Below are positions 1 to 11,434 of a stretch of DNA of 64,000 nucleotides, piece by piece. Every line of letters starts with the position of its first letter. The first letter of the stretch is position 1. The DNA is taken from the NCBI GenBank assembly GCA_034439575.1, contig JAWXAQ010000005.1, positions 1-64,000 on the forward strand, in the 5' to 3' direction. The notes under the pieces were generated by a model, which saw only the letters and a program-made list of their open reading frames with translations, was not told the DNA's origin and made no database searches. Source of the stretch: Leptospira sp. GTDB taxonomy: Bacteria > Spirochaetota > Leptospiria > Leptospirales > Leptospiraceae. The position numbers were made by a program, and so were the translations under genes.

Positions 1-237
1 ATGTTGTAAATGATCTTAGTTCGCAATTGAGTGGTTCCCTTCCGGGCCTGTTACAATTACCGTTTTTCCATCATTGGGAATTCAACCTACACGTCAAATC
101 AAAATCCTATTATTTATCTTTGTTACTGTCTTTTTTTAAGCTTATTTAGGGATCAAAATCTAAGCTGGAAAACAATCTTCTGATAAAAAATTTTCATTAT
201 TATTGCCCAATTTTCGGCACAAACAACCTAGCGAACG

Positions 238-1917
238 CTATATGCCATTTTTCGGCAATTGGAAACTGACGGCTGTTCCTTTCCCATTTTCACTTTTTGC
301 CCAAATTTCTCCATGATGTAAGTTAATAAATTCTTTACAAAGTATAAGACCGAGACCAGTTCCACGTTCTCCCTGCAATCCCACTTCTGAGAAAGGAACA
401 TCAATACGAAATAAATTTTTCAATGTTTGTTCACTCATGCCTATCCCCGTATCTTTAAATTCTAAAACAATATGAGTTCTGGTTTCCGTGATCATGACAT
501 CTATTCGTCCTCCTATGGCTGTAAATTTCAAAGCATTGGAAAATAAATTTCGAATTACCAAACGTATCATAGATTCATCAGCATAAACAAATGCTTGCGA
601 AATCCCTATTACAGATGCGATGATTTGTTTGAGTTTTAATTTTCCTTCAATTTCTTTTAAACTCTCTTGGACAATGTTGATTAGGTTTAAAAGACTCGGA
701 TGAAAAGGCATAGAATTTGATTGAGTTCTAGACCAATCCAACAAATGTTCTAACAACTGATACAATTTTACCGAAGATTCATGTATTTGAGATAGGATCT
801 CTTGCCTTTGGTCGTCCGTATATTTATTATAATCTTCTAATAAAATTTTTGTTATCTGTTGGTATCCGCTCAAGGGATTTTTTAAATCATGCGCAATGAT
901 GGAAAAAAATTTATCCTTAGTTTTGTTTGATTCACTCAGTAGTTTTTCGGAATGATTTAGAGCCTCAATCGCGCGATTTCGTTCCATGATTTCATGCCGT
1001 AACATTTTCGTTCGATCCAAAACTTTTTTTTCTAGCTCGAATTTATCATGTTCAACAATAAGATACAATAATGTAATAAACTCTGCCAAAAGCGTGAAAG
1101 GCACTAAAAACGAAATTAAATAGATATAGGAAACAAAAACATCTTCATAAACAAATGGCCCTACTCTCAATTTTGTCATAATGATGCTAAATAAAAACAG
1201 CTGGAATATCCCAACAGAAACGCCTTTAAGTCGATTAAAATAACCAAGTAGAATCAATATAAAAAAGGAAACAAAGTAGAGAAATGGAATATAATAAACT
1301 ACTACCAAAAGGAGAATAGCCTGAAGTAATAATAACCCAACGAATTTAGATTTCTTTCCATCAAAACCAGGTATCTTCCAATAAAAATATAAAGGTACGA
1401 TGACCAAAATTCCTATTGTATCACCTAAGCTAATTGTTACGAAGACTTGAAAAATACTCTGAATATTTTTATGGTCAAAGTAACCAAACAGATATAGATT
1501 TGAACATAACAACAGTGAAATAATTGCACATGGTATTACTGTTACATATAAGACAAATTTATAAAAATCAGAGGTGGTGAACAGATTATTAACTATGATT
1601 CTGCGCCAAATATAACCAGCGATAGCTGGCTGAAGAGTATCAAATAAAGCCGAAAAACTATCTGCAAGATAAACTTCCCAAACTTCTAAGTGTTTCCCTG
1701 AAGTAAATAGTCCATCAAAATTTGTATAAAAACTTGCGATCCAAATGAAAGGAAGAGCATAGTTACCGAAGATGAGAACGGAAAGTAAGGCAATACCGGA
1801 GGGTAACCATAAAACGGTAAGGTTTCCTGGTTCAAGAGATAGATATGACATCCCCAATTTGGCTGTCACCAAATAGGCGAAAAATAAAATCACTGCGATC
1901 CAGGATTTAACAATCAT
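238..1917 (-). CDS. Membrane sensor histidine kinase with MASE1-like N-terminal domain
   Basis: Multi-TM N-terminus with LWLPSGIAL (MASE1-like); H-box AHDLKNP, N-box NLFSNALKF, G-boxes DTGIGM and GTGLGL. Confidence 0.85.
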   Translation of the reverse strand: MIVKSWIAVILFFAYLVTAKLGMSYLSLEPGNLTVLWLPSGIALLSVLIFGNYALPFIWIASFYTNFDGLFTSGKHLEVWEVYLADSFSALFDTLQPAIAGYIWRRIIVNNLFTTSDFYKFVLYVTVIPCAIISLLLCSNLYLFGYFDHKNIQSIFQVFVTISLGDTIGILVIVPLYFYWKIPGFDGKKSKFVGLLLLQAILLLVVVYYIPFLYFVSFFILILLGYFNRLKGVSVGIFQLFLFSIIMTKLRVGPFVYEDVFVSYIYLISFLVPFTLLAEFITLLYLIVEHDKFELEKKVLDRTKMLRHEIMERNRAIEALNHSEKLLSESNKTKDKFFSIIAHDLKNPLSGYQQITKILLEDYNKYTDDQRQEILSQIHESSVKLYQLLEHLLDWSRTQSNSMPFHPSLLNLINIVQESLKEIEGKLKLKQIIASVIGISQAFVYADESMIRLVIRNLFSNALKFTAIGGRIDVMITETRTHIVLEFKDTGIGMSEQTLKNLFRIDVPFSEVGLQGERGTGLGLILCKEFINLHHGEIWAKSENGKGTAVSFQLPKNGI

Positions 1918-1931
1918 CCTAGAGTCTGTTT

Positions 1932-2690
1932 TTACGGTTTGATTAAATTTGTATAGGCTAATTGAATGTCAGGCGATTTCATAAAGTAAGTTCCGATAAG
2001 CATTGAATCAACCAAACCGACATAGGGTTGCCAATCAGCATAACTTTGGATTCCAGACTCAGCGACTCGAATCACGGATGGGTCAAGTAGAGACGCCACT
2101 TCTTCAATCTGCTTAGGATGAATTTCGAATGTGTCTAAATCTCTAGTGTTAATGCCAATTGTATCTGCCCCAATTTCCAAGGCGGTTCTTATCTCAGATA
2201 AATTATGTGTTTCGACGAGAACTGCAAGACCAAGATCTGTAGCATGTTTATATAATGTTTTCAATGTGTCCTTAGACAAAATTCGTACAATGAGTAAGAT
2301 TGCCGAAGCTCCGAAAGCATAGGCCTCATCGATTTGGATGGGATCTATGATAAAATCTTTTCGAATGACAGGAATTTTGACACTCATTGCCACAGAATGT
2401 AAATCACTAAGGGATCCAAAAAAATAGGATTCGTCAGTCAAAACAGAAATCGCTGCGGCACCATTTATTTCGTAAATTTTGGCAATGGATATCGGATCAT
2501 ACTCGCTTCGCAAAATACCAGCACTGGGGCTACCTTTTTTGCACTCGGCTATAATGGTCAAAGTATCATTTTGTTTCAGACGGGATTTCCAAGGATAAAT
2601 GGGAAGGTTTCTTGAAGGAAAACTTTTACCCTTGAGACGCAAGATTTCCTCTTGCTTGGTAGCTACAATTTTATGTAATACTGGGTTCGT
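1932..2690 (-). CDS. trpC: Indole-3-glycerol phosphate synthase (start uncertain: ACG at 2690 or TTG at 2744)
   Basis: IIAECKKGSPSAG, ISVLTDESYFFGS, RKDFI, GINTRDL, VAESGI motifs. Confidence 0.9.
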   Translation of the reverse strand, partial: TNPVLHKIVATKQEEILRLKGKSFPSRNLPIYPWKSRLKQNDTLTIIAECKKGSPSAGILRSEYDPISIAKIYEINGAAAISVLTDESYFFGSLSDLHSVAMSVKIPVIRKDFIIDPIQIDEAYAFGASAILLIVRILSKDTLKTLYKHATDLGLAVLVETHNLSEIRTALEIGADTIGINTRDLDTFEIHPKQIEEVASLLDPSVIRVAESGIQSYADWQPYVGLVDSMLIGTYFMKSPDIQLAYTNLIKP

Positions 2691-2700
2691 ATCGCCCTCT

Positions 2701-3033
2701 TTAAAATGCTTTGAGGGCTGCTTCTTCTGAATCGTATATATCAAAAAGAGAAGTGAGTTCGATCACATCAAAGATCCTTTTTACCGCAGGTTTGATATTT
2801 GAAATTTTTAAAATTCCTTCCTTGGAATTTAGTTTTCGCAATGTGGAAATACAGGCACGAAATCCAGAAGAGGACATATATTCTACATCTTTCATGTTCA
2901 ATAGAACTTTTCTATGCCCACCATTGTCGATCAGATCCATAAGACCTTCTTCGACATCATTAGCAACAGAAACGTCAAGGCGACCTTCCAAATAGACAAC
3001 TAGCTTTCCATCTTTGAACTCGTGTTTTAGCAC
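2701..3033 (-). CDS. STAS-domain anti-sigma factor antagonist
   Basis: 110 aa; LEGRLD and YMSSSG phospho-Ser motif typical of the SpoIIAA/RsbV family. Confidence 0.9.
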   Translation of the reverse strand: MLKHEFKDGKLVVYLEGRLDVSVANDVEEGLMDLIDNGGHRKVLLNMKDVEYMSSSGFRACISTLRKLNSKEGILKISNIKPAVKRIFDVIELTSLFDIYDSEEAALKAF

Positions 3034-3094
3034 TATAGCACCCGAACCTGATATGATTTTACAAAATCAGCCTTTTTTAACTGACTGTCAATCA

Positions 3095-4474
3095 ATGTTT
3101 TCTTATCTCATCCCAGACAAAAATACCCTACTTCAATTTGATGAATTTCTAGTTTTGGGCGGAGGAATCTCTGGAGAGTCTGCTGGCAAATTACTTAAGA
3201 AGTATGGAAAAAACGTAAGGCTCGCAGATAGTGCCTACCCGAAAGATCAAAACAATGTTTTTTCAGAAATCATTTCGGATAAGGATACGAAACTCGCATT
3301 AGAAAAAACACAAGTCATCATAAAGAGTCCTGGAGTTCTTCCAGATCATCCCATATTACTTGAAGCGAATAAGAGAAACATCACTGTCATTTCAGAAATC
3401 TATTTAGGCAGATTATTCTTCCAAGGAACACTCATTGGAATTACGGGCACAGATGGAAAGTCCACAACAACAGCTTTAACGCATCATATAATCAAAACAC
3501 AATTTCCCAAATCACAAGTAGGTGGAAATTTGGGATTAGCATTCACATCTTTTTGTGATGAGGATTTAGACTTAGTTGTTCTTGAACTTTCAAGTTACCA
3601 ATTAGATGATTCACCTAACTTACATTTAACAAGTTCTTGCATTATCACACTTGCTCCTGATCATTTGGAACGTCACAAAACTATGGAATCTTATGCTTTA
3701 GCTAAATGGAAAATTTTGGACCACCAAAATCCAAATCATATATGTATCACACAAACGAGCGTGTTATCACAATTGCCCAATCACCGAACACCATTTAAAG
3801 GAAAAATGATTTTATTTGGAGAAAACCAAGATATAAAAATTGCATCTGAATCCAAAATCATTACCACTGAAAAAAATTCCTATGATACAAATTCATTTCA
3901 GTTACCAGGTTTCCATAATTTGCAAAATTTGGCAGTGGCAATTGGATTAAGCGAAACTGTAGGTGTTTTGCGGGAAAATATCCAAAAAGCAATTCCAACC
4001 TTCACTGGACTACCACATCGTTTCCAAAAGATAAATCAAACAAATTGGAAAAATAAATCATACAAAGAAGTGCAATTTATAAATGATTCTAAATCTACAA
4101 ATTTCCATAGTATGTTATCAGGCATTAGTGGATATTCGAATGCTACGAAACTTTATCTAATATTAGGTGGAGAACCAAAAAAAGAAAATTTGTATCCATT
4201 TTTTGATAGAATTAAGGGCTTAGATGCTGAAATTTTAATCTACGGCAAAGCAAGAGAATATTGGAAAGAAGACTTTGAAATACAAAAAGAAATCAAAGCG
4301 GATTTTGTAAATACGATTGAAGATGCCGTCATACACATTAAAGAAAGATTAAAGCCAGATAAAAATATTTGTGTGATTTTATCCCCAGCCTGCGCAAGTT
4401 TTGATCAGTACAAAAATTTTTCAGAGAGAGGGGATCATTTTGTTTCTTTGATAGAAACTCACTTCGGAACCTAG
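3095..4474 (+). CDS. murD: UDP-N-acetylmuramoyl-L-alanine--D-glutamate ligase
   Basis: KSPGV, GITGTDGKSTT, ELSSYQL, DHLERH, NDSKSTN, SPACASFDQY; start moved to ATG 3095 to avoid overlapping the divergent STAS gene. Confidence 0.92.
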   Translation: MFSYLIPDKNTLLQFDEFLVLGGGISGESAGKLLKKYGKNVRLADSAYPKDQNNVFSEIISDKDTKLALEKTQVIIKSPGVLPDHPILLEANKRNITVISEIYLGRLFFQGTLIGITGTDGKSTTTALTHHIIKTQFPKSQVGGNLGLAFTSFCDEDLDLVVLELSSYQLDDSPNLHLTSSCIITLAPDHLERHKTMESYALAKWKILDHQNPNHICITQTSVLSQLPNHRTPFKGKMILFGENQDIKIASESKIITTEKNSYDTNSFQLPGFHNLQNLAVAIGLSETVGVLRENIQKAIPTFTGLPHRFQKINQTNWKNKSYKEVQFINDSKSTNFHSMLSGISGYSNATKLYLILGGEPKKENLYPFFDRIKGLDAEILIYGKAREYWKEDFEIQKEIKADFVNTIEDAVIHIKERLKPDKNICVILSPACASFDQYKNFSERGDHFVSLIETHFGT

Positions 4475-4480
4475 TGTTTG

Positions 4481-6487
4481 TTAGCCTTCCAGTCTTTTGT
4501 GCAAAGTTTTTTCATAGACTTTACTTTGTATAAAAATATCCAGAAGATCACCATCGATATGTTGGTCACGCACTTCCATTTTTAAAATATCGAAGGCACG
4601 ATCCAGTGGCACTGCTTTTTTATAAGGGCGATCTTTGTCGGTTAAAGCATCAAAAATATCTGCTATGGCCATCATTTTCGCTTGTACTGGTATTTCAACA
4701 GCTGTTAGACCACGAGGATAGCCACCTCCATTTAATTTTTCATGATGTCCGTGAGCAATGGTCGGTACCATTTTGAGTTCCCTCGTCCAAGGAATTTTAC
4801 TCAAAAATTGGAAGGTATGTTCTACATGAGATTCGATTTCCCTTCTTTCTTCAAAGTCCAATGATCCCTTTCTTATAGACAAAAATCCAAATTCCTTAGG
4901 CATAAGTAAGGAAATTTGATTTCCTTCTGTTGTGAGATAACTCAGTTTCGAAATTTCTTCCAAAAAATTTGAATTTCCTTCTTCTAAAATAGAAGGCTCA
5001 TTTGATTGGCTGATGACATGCACCATTTCCAAAAGTTTTTCTCTTTCCAATTCGTATTCGAGTTGTATCGATTTTTCAAATTCCGCATAACCAGCATTAC
5101 CATGCTTTTTTAAATATTCTATTTTTTTCTGAGAAAGTTTTGCCTCAACGTCTTTTACGATAAAATGAAATCTCCAACGGATTAAATCCAATTCGTAGTC
5201 TTCTAACTTTTTGGCTTTTACTAATACTTTTTCTCTAACCCCTACCTTTCCAAAATCATGTAAAAGCGAAGCGTAACGTATTTCCTTAATTTGAGACGGA
5301 TTAAAATGTATATCTTTAAATCGACCAGCACCAATTCCATTCACAGACTCTGCAAGACCTACTGTGTACTGAGCTACTCGAAAGGAATGACCTGATGTAG
5401 TCGGGTCTCTGGATTCAATCGCGGACACACTAGCTGTTACAAATCCTTCAAAGAGTGTTTCTATTTCATGAACAAGATTGTTGTTTTGAATGGCAACTGC
5501 CGCTTGGCCTGCGACCGCCATTACCAACTCTTCGGAATATTTATCATAATCGAGTACTGAGTCGGACTTTAATTGTTCCAGTGTAAGTTTGGAATGGAAA
5601 TTTTTTTTCCGATTGATCAGTTGAATGACGCCAACCACTTCATCATGATGATCTTTCATTGGAACAACTAACATTGATTTTGAGTAGTAATTACTCATTT
5701 TATCAAAGTCACTATTGAAATGGTATTCTTCTTTTCCTGATAAATCGTAAACGTTTGGAATGTTTAATTGTTTTCCCGTGAATGCCACATAACCAGCGAT
5801 ACTCTTTTTATTTATTGGCAATATAAATTCATCAGAATTTAAGTCGAGAGCGGAAATTTTAAATCTTAGATTTCGCGGATTTCCTTTTTCATCCTTTTCC
5901 ACAAGATAAAGTGAACCCGAATCTGAATTTGAAATTTCTCTCGCAGAATTTAAAATATCGCGAAGTAATTTCGTGAAATCTTTTTCATTGGCTAGGCTAA
6001 TACCAATGCGTGTTAGTTTAGAAATTTCATTTGTGGAAACATTGATTCGTTTTTGAAGTTCAAACTTATCAACGATCATTTGAAGATTCATAAATGCATT
6101 CATGATGGCTTTTACTAAAAAGATAAGTGGTGCATCATCAGGAACGTTTGTAAAAAATAAATCTTCTTCTATGGATAAGGCTTGGAAGCCAGTATAATCA
6201 ATGGGTGCACGAACTAGAAAGGCACTCATGACGGAGGGATGCATTTTGAGATATTGATGAAATTCTTTATGTGATTTTTCAAGTTCGCTTCTTGAAATAT
6301 AAAAAAGTACTTTTGCGATGTTTTGAGATGATTCGAGATCAATCGTTTCCATTTCAGAAACGGATAATACTTTCGCGTTAATTTTTTTAGCGTAGTCAGC
6401 TACCTTTCCTGAAAAGTATGGATCATCTGTAATGATATACTTATTCGTGCGGGAACTGTCTTTTATCACAGTAGATTTATCGACCAT
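4481..6487 (-). CDS. GAF + HD-GYP cyclic-dinucleotide phosphodiesterase
   Basis: GAF domain ([16 protein letters not shown]); [33 protein letters not shown]. Confidence 0.9.
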   Translation of the reverse strand: MVDKSTVIKDSSRTNKYIITDDPYFSGKVADYAKKINAKVLSVSEMETIDLESSQNIAKVLFYISRSELEKSHKEFHQYLKMHPSVMSAFLVRAPIDYTGFQALSIEEDLFFTNVPDDAPLIFLVKAIMNAFMNLQMIVDKFELQKRINVSTNEISKLTRIGISLANEKDFTKLLRDILNSAREISNSDSGSLYLVEKDEKGNPRNLRFKISALDLNSDEFILPINKKSIAGYVAFTGKQLNIPNVYDLSGKEEYHFNSDFDKMSNYYSKSMLVVPMKDHHDEVVGVIQLINRKKNFHSKLTLEQLKSDSVLDYDKYSEELVMAVAGQAAVAIQNNNLVHEIETLFEGFVTASVSAIESRDPTTSGHSFRVAQYTVGLAESVNGIGAGRFKDIHFNPSQIKEIRYASLLHDFGKVGVREKVLVKAKKLEDYELDLIRWRFHFIVKDVEAKLSQKKIEYLKKHGNAGYAEFEKSIQLEYELEREKLLEMVHVISQSNEPSILEEGNSNFLEEISKLSYLTTEGNQISLLMPKEFGFLSIRKGSLDFEERREIESHVEHTFQFLSKIPWTRELKMVPTIAHGHHEKLNGGGYPRGLTAVEIPVQAKMMAIADIFDALTDKDRPYKKAVPLDRAFDILKMEVRDQHIDGDLLDIFIQSKVYEKTLHKRLEG

Positions 6488-6521
6488 CTATGATTAGATG
6501 TCTATTCTTTTATAAAAAAAT

Positions 6522-7535
6522 TCAATTCTTTCTCTTTTTGGGGAAAAGATACACAAGTGAGGCGACAAGCGCAGAAAGTAAAAAAACGGAAAGTAAAAAA
6601 AGTGTCTGCACCCCTAACATCACCAAGGGGGAATGAAACCAATCTTGACTTTTTACCAATAAAAATGGGGAGAAAACAGCAAGGCTAGCAATCAAGCAAT
6701 TGGGAATAAATAACTCAATCGCTGAATCTGACCAATTTTTATTTGCCAACCAATCCCAAACGAGAGGAACAAAAATACCAATGACAATGGAAATAGGTAA
6801 ATGTATCCAAATTGATTCCGTCATCGTCAAACCATAAAAAGTCGTAGAACTTAAAATGGCCAATAAAGATACTTTTCGTGAATTGTTACTTTTTCTTGGG
6901 ACCAAACCAATCCCAATTAGAAAGGATGCAAAAATAATTATAAATTTGGGAAGGTTTAAATAAATAGATTCCGTATTCAAATTGCTAAACGTTGTTAGTA
7001 AGGCGAGCGGAAGGCCCAAAAGAAAAATAGAACTATGTTTATTTTCGTGTTCTTGGATCGCCTCTTCTCCCTTAAAAAATACTTCAAAAAACCAAACGAT
7101 ACTCCCACTCACAAGAAAGAGAAAGGAAAATTTTCCTTGGTCCAATACATGAATTTCCGAAAAAACGGATTCCTTTACCAAAAAATATAAAAAAGGAAAT
7201 AATAATATTCCCAAAATAAGCATGATAAAAACAAAACTAATATTCGTTAACTTTGTTATGACGGAATTTAAAGCCAAAAGAGAAAATCCCAAAAATAAGA
7301 ATGTGCCATTCAAAAATAGCAAAGTATCACTTTGCGTAAAAAAAGATAAATGAATATTAAAAACGAATCCAATGGATCGAATCACAAACATTACAATGAC
7401 AAAAAAAGCTGAGTTAAATTCCAAACGATTATAATCTTCTGAAAGATAGTAACTACGAATGACTCCCACTACAAAAAGTATAGAAGAGACGAGGGATAAC
7501 AAAACCAGATCCGGGTTTATAAAAATTTCATTCAT
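6522..7535 (-). CDS. Polytopic membrane protein, probably a degenerate ammonium transporter (Amt) family member
   Basis: Many hydrophobic helices; FPFLYFLV..HVLDQG and LGVQ segments echo Amt YPPxAHWVW..GVLDFAG and the C-terminal LGxQ helix. Confidence 0.45.
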   Translation of the reverse strand: MNEIFINPDLVLLSLVSSILFVVGVIRSYYLSEDYNRLEFNSAFFVIVMFVIRSIGFVFNIHLSFFTQSDTLLFLNGTFLFLGFSLLALNSVITKLTNISFVFIMLILGILLFPFLYFLVKESVFSEIHVLDQGKFSFLFLVSGSIVWFFEVFFKGEEAIQEHENKHSSIFLLGLPLALLTTFSNLNTESIYLNLPKFIIIFASFLIGIGLVPRKSNNSRKVSLLAILSSTTFYGLTMTESIWIHLPISIVIGIFVPLVWDWLANKNWSDSAIELFIPNCLIASLAVFSPFLLVKSQDWFHSPLVMLGVQTLFLLSVFLLSALVASLVYLFPKKRKN

Positions 7536-9901
7536 TAGTGTTTATCGCTTAAGGTATATTTTGCGAGGGTATATGGAGGTTCCCCATTTCTATCCAAACT
7601 TTGAAAGTTATGATGAAAACCTCGAATGGATTGATAACCAATCAATGTAAACTTTTCAACACCAGGGCGTTTTAATAAAATGCTACGATTGAAAAAATAG
7701 AGCACTGGATTTGATTTTAAATATTTCCCTATCTCTTTGAAATGAGGTTGGATTTTATCAAAGGTTTCGTAAATATCTATGGAATTTGCAGCACGAATGA
7801 TAATGGTTTTTCCTTCCAATTTTGGTATGTTTCTATTTCTAAATAACCATCTTTTGGTGTCATGATAAGAGTCTTCAAAATTTCCTACACCATCGGCAGA
7901 TATAATTCGAATGTTTGGGAAAGAAAAAAGTGAATCCTTTTTCTCCTGTGGAACTTTTTTGACAAACAATTCAACTTCCGAAGGTAGCTCCCAAAGTATG
8001 ACTTCCATATTCGGAAAATGATAAGCTACAGATTGTGAGGTGATGCCAGGAACATCAGGATTATTTAAGGCAGGCCCAATATCTATGAAAATTACATTTT
8101 GTCCCCGATCAAAAGATTTATTTGAAGGAAACACGGTAGTCTTAAGATAAGCAAGAGCTGGGGAGCCAAAAAAATCTTTCTCCATTAGATCTCTCAAAAA
8201 TTCATTTGTATCTTCTAATCTATTTTCGTATGTACGGGCTCGTATTTCTTCTTCCTGTCCGGAAAAAACATAACGACCTGTATACGACTTGATGATATTA
8301 GATTCCAATTCGGAAAACTCATCTGCATTTGGCCAAATAAAAAATTCTGGGTGCAGATAGCCTTCCACGATCAATTCGAAATTTGAATCGAGAGACACAA
8401 TCTCCGAGTAAGGTGTTATACGAGTATATTGTTTATAATATGATTCAGAAATATCCTTACTCTCTTTGATTATAAATACTTTAGAAAGATTAAACAAAGC
8501 ATTCCTATAATAAATTTTATTCTCAATAGGTAATAGAGATTTTGCGGAAACAATTTCTTCCCAAATCCCTTGGGCAAGATTGAAATTTTTTAATTGGAAC
8601 TCACTTGCTCCCAATAAATTCAAAATACTAAAATTCAAATCATGATTGGTCAAATTTTCTTCAAAGAGTATAGATCTAGACTTTTGCGCATAATAAATAG
8701 CAGAATGAAAGACCCGCATAGAATATTCTAATTTTGCCAAATTATAATAAAATACTGCCTTCTGAAATGGATTAAAATTATTTATATGTGGTTCTAATTT
8801 AAAAAATTCATTTAAAGCTACTTCTTTTTGTTCAAGTTCAGCGAGCAAGAGTGCATATGAAAATTGATTTTCAAAAAATGGTTTTATGTTTTCAAATTGT
8901 AAAGTCTCAAACATCAATTTGGCTGAGTTGAGATAAAAAAGTGCCTCTTCCTTTTTTCCATTTTTTAATAAATAAATACCTATTTTAGAAAGGCACCTTG
9001 CATAATCCAAATCATACACATGACCTTGGATTTCTCTTTCTTTTCTTGCAATTTGAAAGAAATCTACCGCCATACTCTCTTCATTGGCAAGCATGTATGA
9101 TTCTGCTATTTCATAGGCTAACAGATAATCAAAAGGACTCACATCAAATTTATTTTCATTCCATTCCTTCCAAATATCTTTGTAGCTGGAAAATGGTTTC
9201 AAAAGTAAATCCAATTTCAAAGTTTCATATTTTAAAAATTTTGATTTTGGTTTTGCTTTGGATAATAAATTAAGTGCATTATACTTTTCTAATGTAGTTT
9301 TATCCGAACTTTGGGATGATTTATAAACAAGATATTCAGATGCAGAAAGTACATCTGGGTTTAAATCTAATTGTGGTGGATTCCATACGGGAACCAAATA
9401 CAAATACCGATTGAGACGAATTTTCTCATCCAACATATTTAGGTATGCTTTCGTTATCAGAATTGGCGCATTTCCAATTTCTGCCCAAGATACCTTTAGC
9501 ACCGAACCCGTGTATGTTTTATGAAATTTTTGGAAGGAGATACTGGGAGTAAATAAAATTTGTTCGGGTTCAAATTGCACAGAACCAGAAAATATAACAT
9601 CTGCTTTTGATAGAATATCGGTTGATTGCGATTTATTTTCTTCTAAAACCACAAGACCAGACATCTTTCTGAACTCATAATTTACGAGCGCTGAAAGAGC
9701 TTTAATATCTAATTCATTTCCACTCGATGAATTGTAACTTAATGTTGTGAATGAAATTTTTGGGATATTTGCTGGGCTATTGTATGCTTTTGGTTGAGAT
9801 TCTTTTTTGATCGCATCCTGAATTGAATAGTATAGCGGAGCGTATGCGACAGCCGCAAGGAGTAGAATGGTGAGGAGTGAGTTTTTTTGAAAGGAAGACA
9901 A
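7535..9901 (-). CDS. Exported TPR-repeat protein with C-terminal Rossmann-like domain
   Basis: N-terminal signal/anchor; repeated TPR-like helices (YYNLAKLEY, LNLLGASEF, LFNLSKVF); C-terminal VIFIDIGP..IIIRAAN. Confidence 0.65.
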   Translation of the reverse strand: MSSFQKNSLLTILLLAAVAYAPLYYSIQDAIKKESQPKAYNSPANIPKISFTTLSYNSSSGNELDIKALSALVNYEFRKMSGLVVLEENKSQSTDILSKADVIFSGSVQFEPEQILFTPSISFQKFHKTYTGSVLKVSWAEIGNAPILITKAYLNMLDEKIRLNRYLYLVPVWNPPQLDLNPDVLSASEYLVYKSSQSSDKTTLEKYNALNLLSKAKPKSKFLKYETLKLDLLLKPFSSYKDIWKEWNENKFDVSPFDYLLAYEIAESYMLANEESMAVDFFQIARKEREIQGHVYDLDYARCLSKIGIYLLKNGKKEEALFYLNSAKLMFETLQFENIKPFFENQFSYALLLAELEQKEVALNEFFKLEPHINNFNPFQKAVFYYNLAKLEYSMRVFHSAIYYAQKSRSILFEENLTNHDLNFSILNLLGASEFQLKNFNLAQGIWEEIVSAKSLLPIENKIYYRNALFNLSKVFIIKESKDISESYYKQYTRITPYSEIVSLDSNFELIVEGYLHPEFFIWPNADEFSELESNIIKSYTGRYVFSGQEEEIRARTYENRLEDTNEFLRDLMEKDFFGSPALAYLKTTVFPSNKSFDRGQNVIFIDIGPALNNPDVPGITSQSVAYHFPNMEVILWELPSEVELFVKKVPQEKKDSLFSFPNIRIISADGVGNFEDSYHDTKRWLFRNRNIPKLEGKTIIIRAANSIDIYETFDKIQPHFKEIGKYLKSNPVLYFFNRSILLKRPGVEKFTLIGYQSIRGFHHNFQSLDRNGEPPYTLAKYTLSDKH

Positions 9902-9966
9902 TGATTTTGATAATTCTAAAAATATTGATTTGACCCAATATCTTTAGAATTTTGCAAAACTCAAGG

Positions 9967-9988
9967 AAAAAATGGGGGTCACCCCCCA
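9967..9988 (-). terminator. Intrinsic terminator after flgE
   Basis: Minus strand TGGGGG-GTGA-CCCCCA followed by T6, a few nt after the flgE stop. Confidence 0.75.
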
Positions 9989-9992
9989 CCTA

Positions 9993-11387
9993 TTATCGTT
10001 TGAGACCGAGAACTTCTTGGATCATTTGGTCGGAAGTTACGATGGTTCTAGAATTTGCCTGGAACCCGCGTTGTGTCACAATCATATCTGTGAATTGGTC
10101 CGATAGGTCTACGTTTGACATTTCAAGTAAACCCGCATTGATTTTTCCTCTCCCTTGCGAACCAGCTTCACCAATATTTGGCTCACCAGAGTTCATAGAA
10201 AAACTATACATAGTATCGCCTTCTTTGTTGAGTCCAGCTGGGTTTGTGAAATTTGCCATTGCAATTCGTGCCAGTGGTTGTCTCACTCCATTCGAAAAAA
10301 CACCTGTAACCGTTCCGGTATTATCGATAGAAAAAGATTCCATGTATCCCATCGCATAACCATCTTGCTTCACAGCTTTTGTCGTGAAATCAGATGAAAA
10401 TTGTGTAATGCCACCGACAAGTCCCGCTTCACCCAAATTCAAACTAAATTTTTGTTCCGCTGGATTTCCAGGTAGTCGAAACGATACATTTGCTTTCAGT
10501 TTGCCAGTCGTTTGCGAATCCACTCCATCCGATACAGAAATGATTTTTCCATCTGGCGTAAAAGACACTTCTAATTCATTATTGCCTGAAACTTGTGTGT
10601 TCTCACCACCAGTCCCACTAACATCTACTGAAAGTTGAGACGATTCATCCAAATTCATTCTCATTTTCCAAACATTTTCACGTAATTTATAGAATTCTAC
10701 GCCTAGTTGACGGGTATTGCCTTGCTCATCATAAACATTAATGCTTGTAATATGACCTCTTCTTTGACGAGGGTCTGGATCATTTATATATCTTTTGATA
10801 TCATCTTCTGTTGCATCTGGTGGAACAGCGGGAACATTTGCATTAAGATTGGATTGAAAATCCACATTCTGAGTCGCCCGAGCCGGTTCTTTAGAATACA
10901 ATGGTATTACAATATCTTCAACTGATCCAGCTGAATTAATATATTTATTTCCAGTATCATCAAGTCGAGAGTTCCAACCTTGCACCTTTAGTCCGTTTGC
11001 TGGATTCACATAATATCCATTCTTATCAACGTTAAAGGCACCAGCTCTAGTATAAAAAGATTTGTCTCCATCTTTAACGACAAAAAATCCTTCTCCCGAA
11101 ATTGCTATATCAGTATTTTTACCTGTAGTTTGGAGGGCACCTTGGGTCATGATTTTATCAATAGCTGCAATAAGTGAACCGAGTCCAACTTGTTTTGGGT
11201 TAGTTCCCCCGATATTTTCTTTGGGTTCGGATGCACCTTGTAACTCTTGTGAGATCATGTCTTGAAAAGTAACTCGTTCTGTTTTAAAACCATGAGTATT
11301 TACATTCGAAATGTTATTACCTATAACATCCATTCTCACTTGGTGATTTTTTAATCCGGATACTCCGGAGTAAAGCGATCTCATCAT
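9993..11387 (-). CDS. flgE: Flagellar hook protein
   Basis: [44 protein letters not shown]. Confidence 0.97.
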   Translation of the reverse strand: MMRSLYSGVSGLKNHQVRMDVIGNNISNVNTHGFKTERVTFQDMISQELQGASEPKENIGGTNPKQVGLGSLIAAIDKIMTQGALQTTGKNTDIAISGEGFFVVKDGDKSFYTRAGAFNVDKNGYYVNPANGLKVQGWNSRLDDTGNKYINSAGSVEDIVIPLYSKEPARATQNVDFQSNLNANVPAVPPDATEDDIKRYINDPDPRQRRGHITSINVYDEQGNTRQLGVEFYKLRENVWKMRMNLDESSQLSVDVSGTGGENTQVSGNNELEVSFTPDGKIISVSDGVDSQTTGKLKANVSFRLPGNPAEQKFSLNLGEAGLVGGITQFSSDFTTKAVKQDGYAMGYMESFSIDNTGTVTGVFSNGVRQPLARIAMANFTNPAGLNKEGDTMYSFSMNSGEPNIGEAGSQGRGKINAGLLEMSNVDLSDQFTDMIVTQRGFQANSRTIVTSDQMIQEVLGLKR

Positions 11388-11407
11388 ATATTTATCCCTC
11401 TTTTACC

Positions 11408-11434
11408 TTATCGTCCTTTTCTGATTAATCCTTA
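11408..11434 (-). promoter_or_regulatory. Putative sigma28 (FliA) promoter before flgE
   Basis: TAAG-N15-GACGATAA versus consensus TAAA-N15-GCCGATAA. Confidence 0.45.

Noticed and set aside
1-237. Possible gene end or promoter at the window start
   Set aside because: No recognisable coding or RNA motif; context lies outside the window
9952-11265. Several plus-strand ORFs opposite flgE (and similar ones opposite cys, hem, fusA and mdh genes)
   Set aside because: Typical antisense shadows of conserved genes
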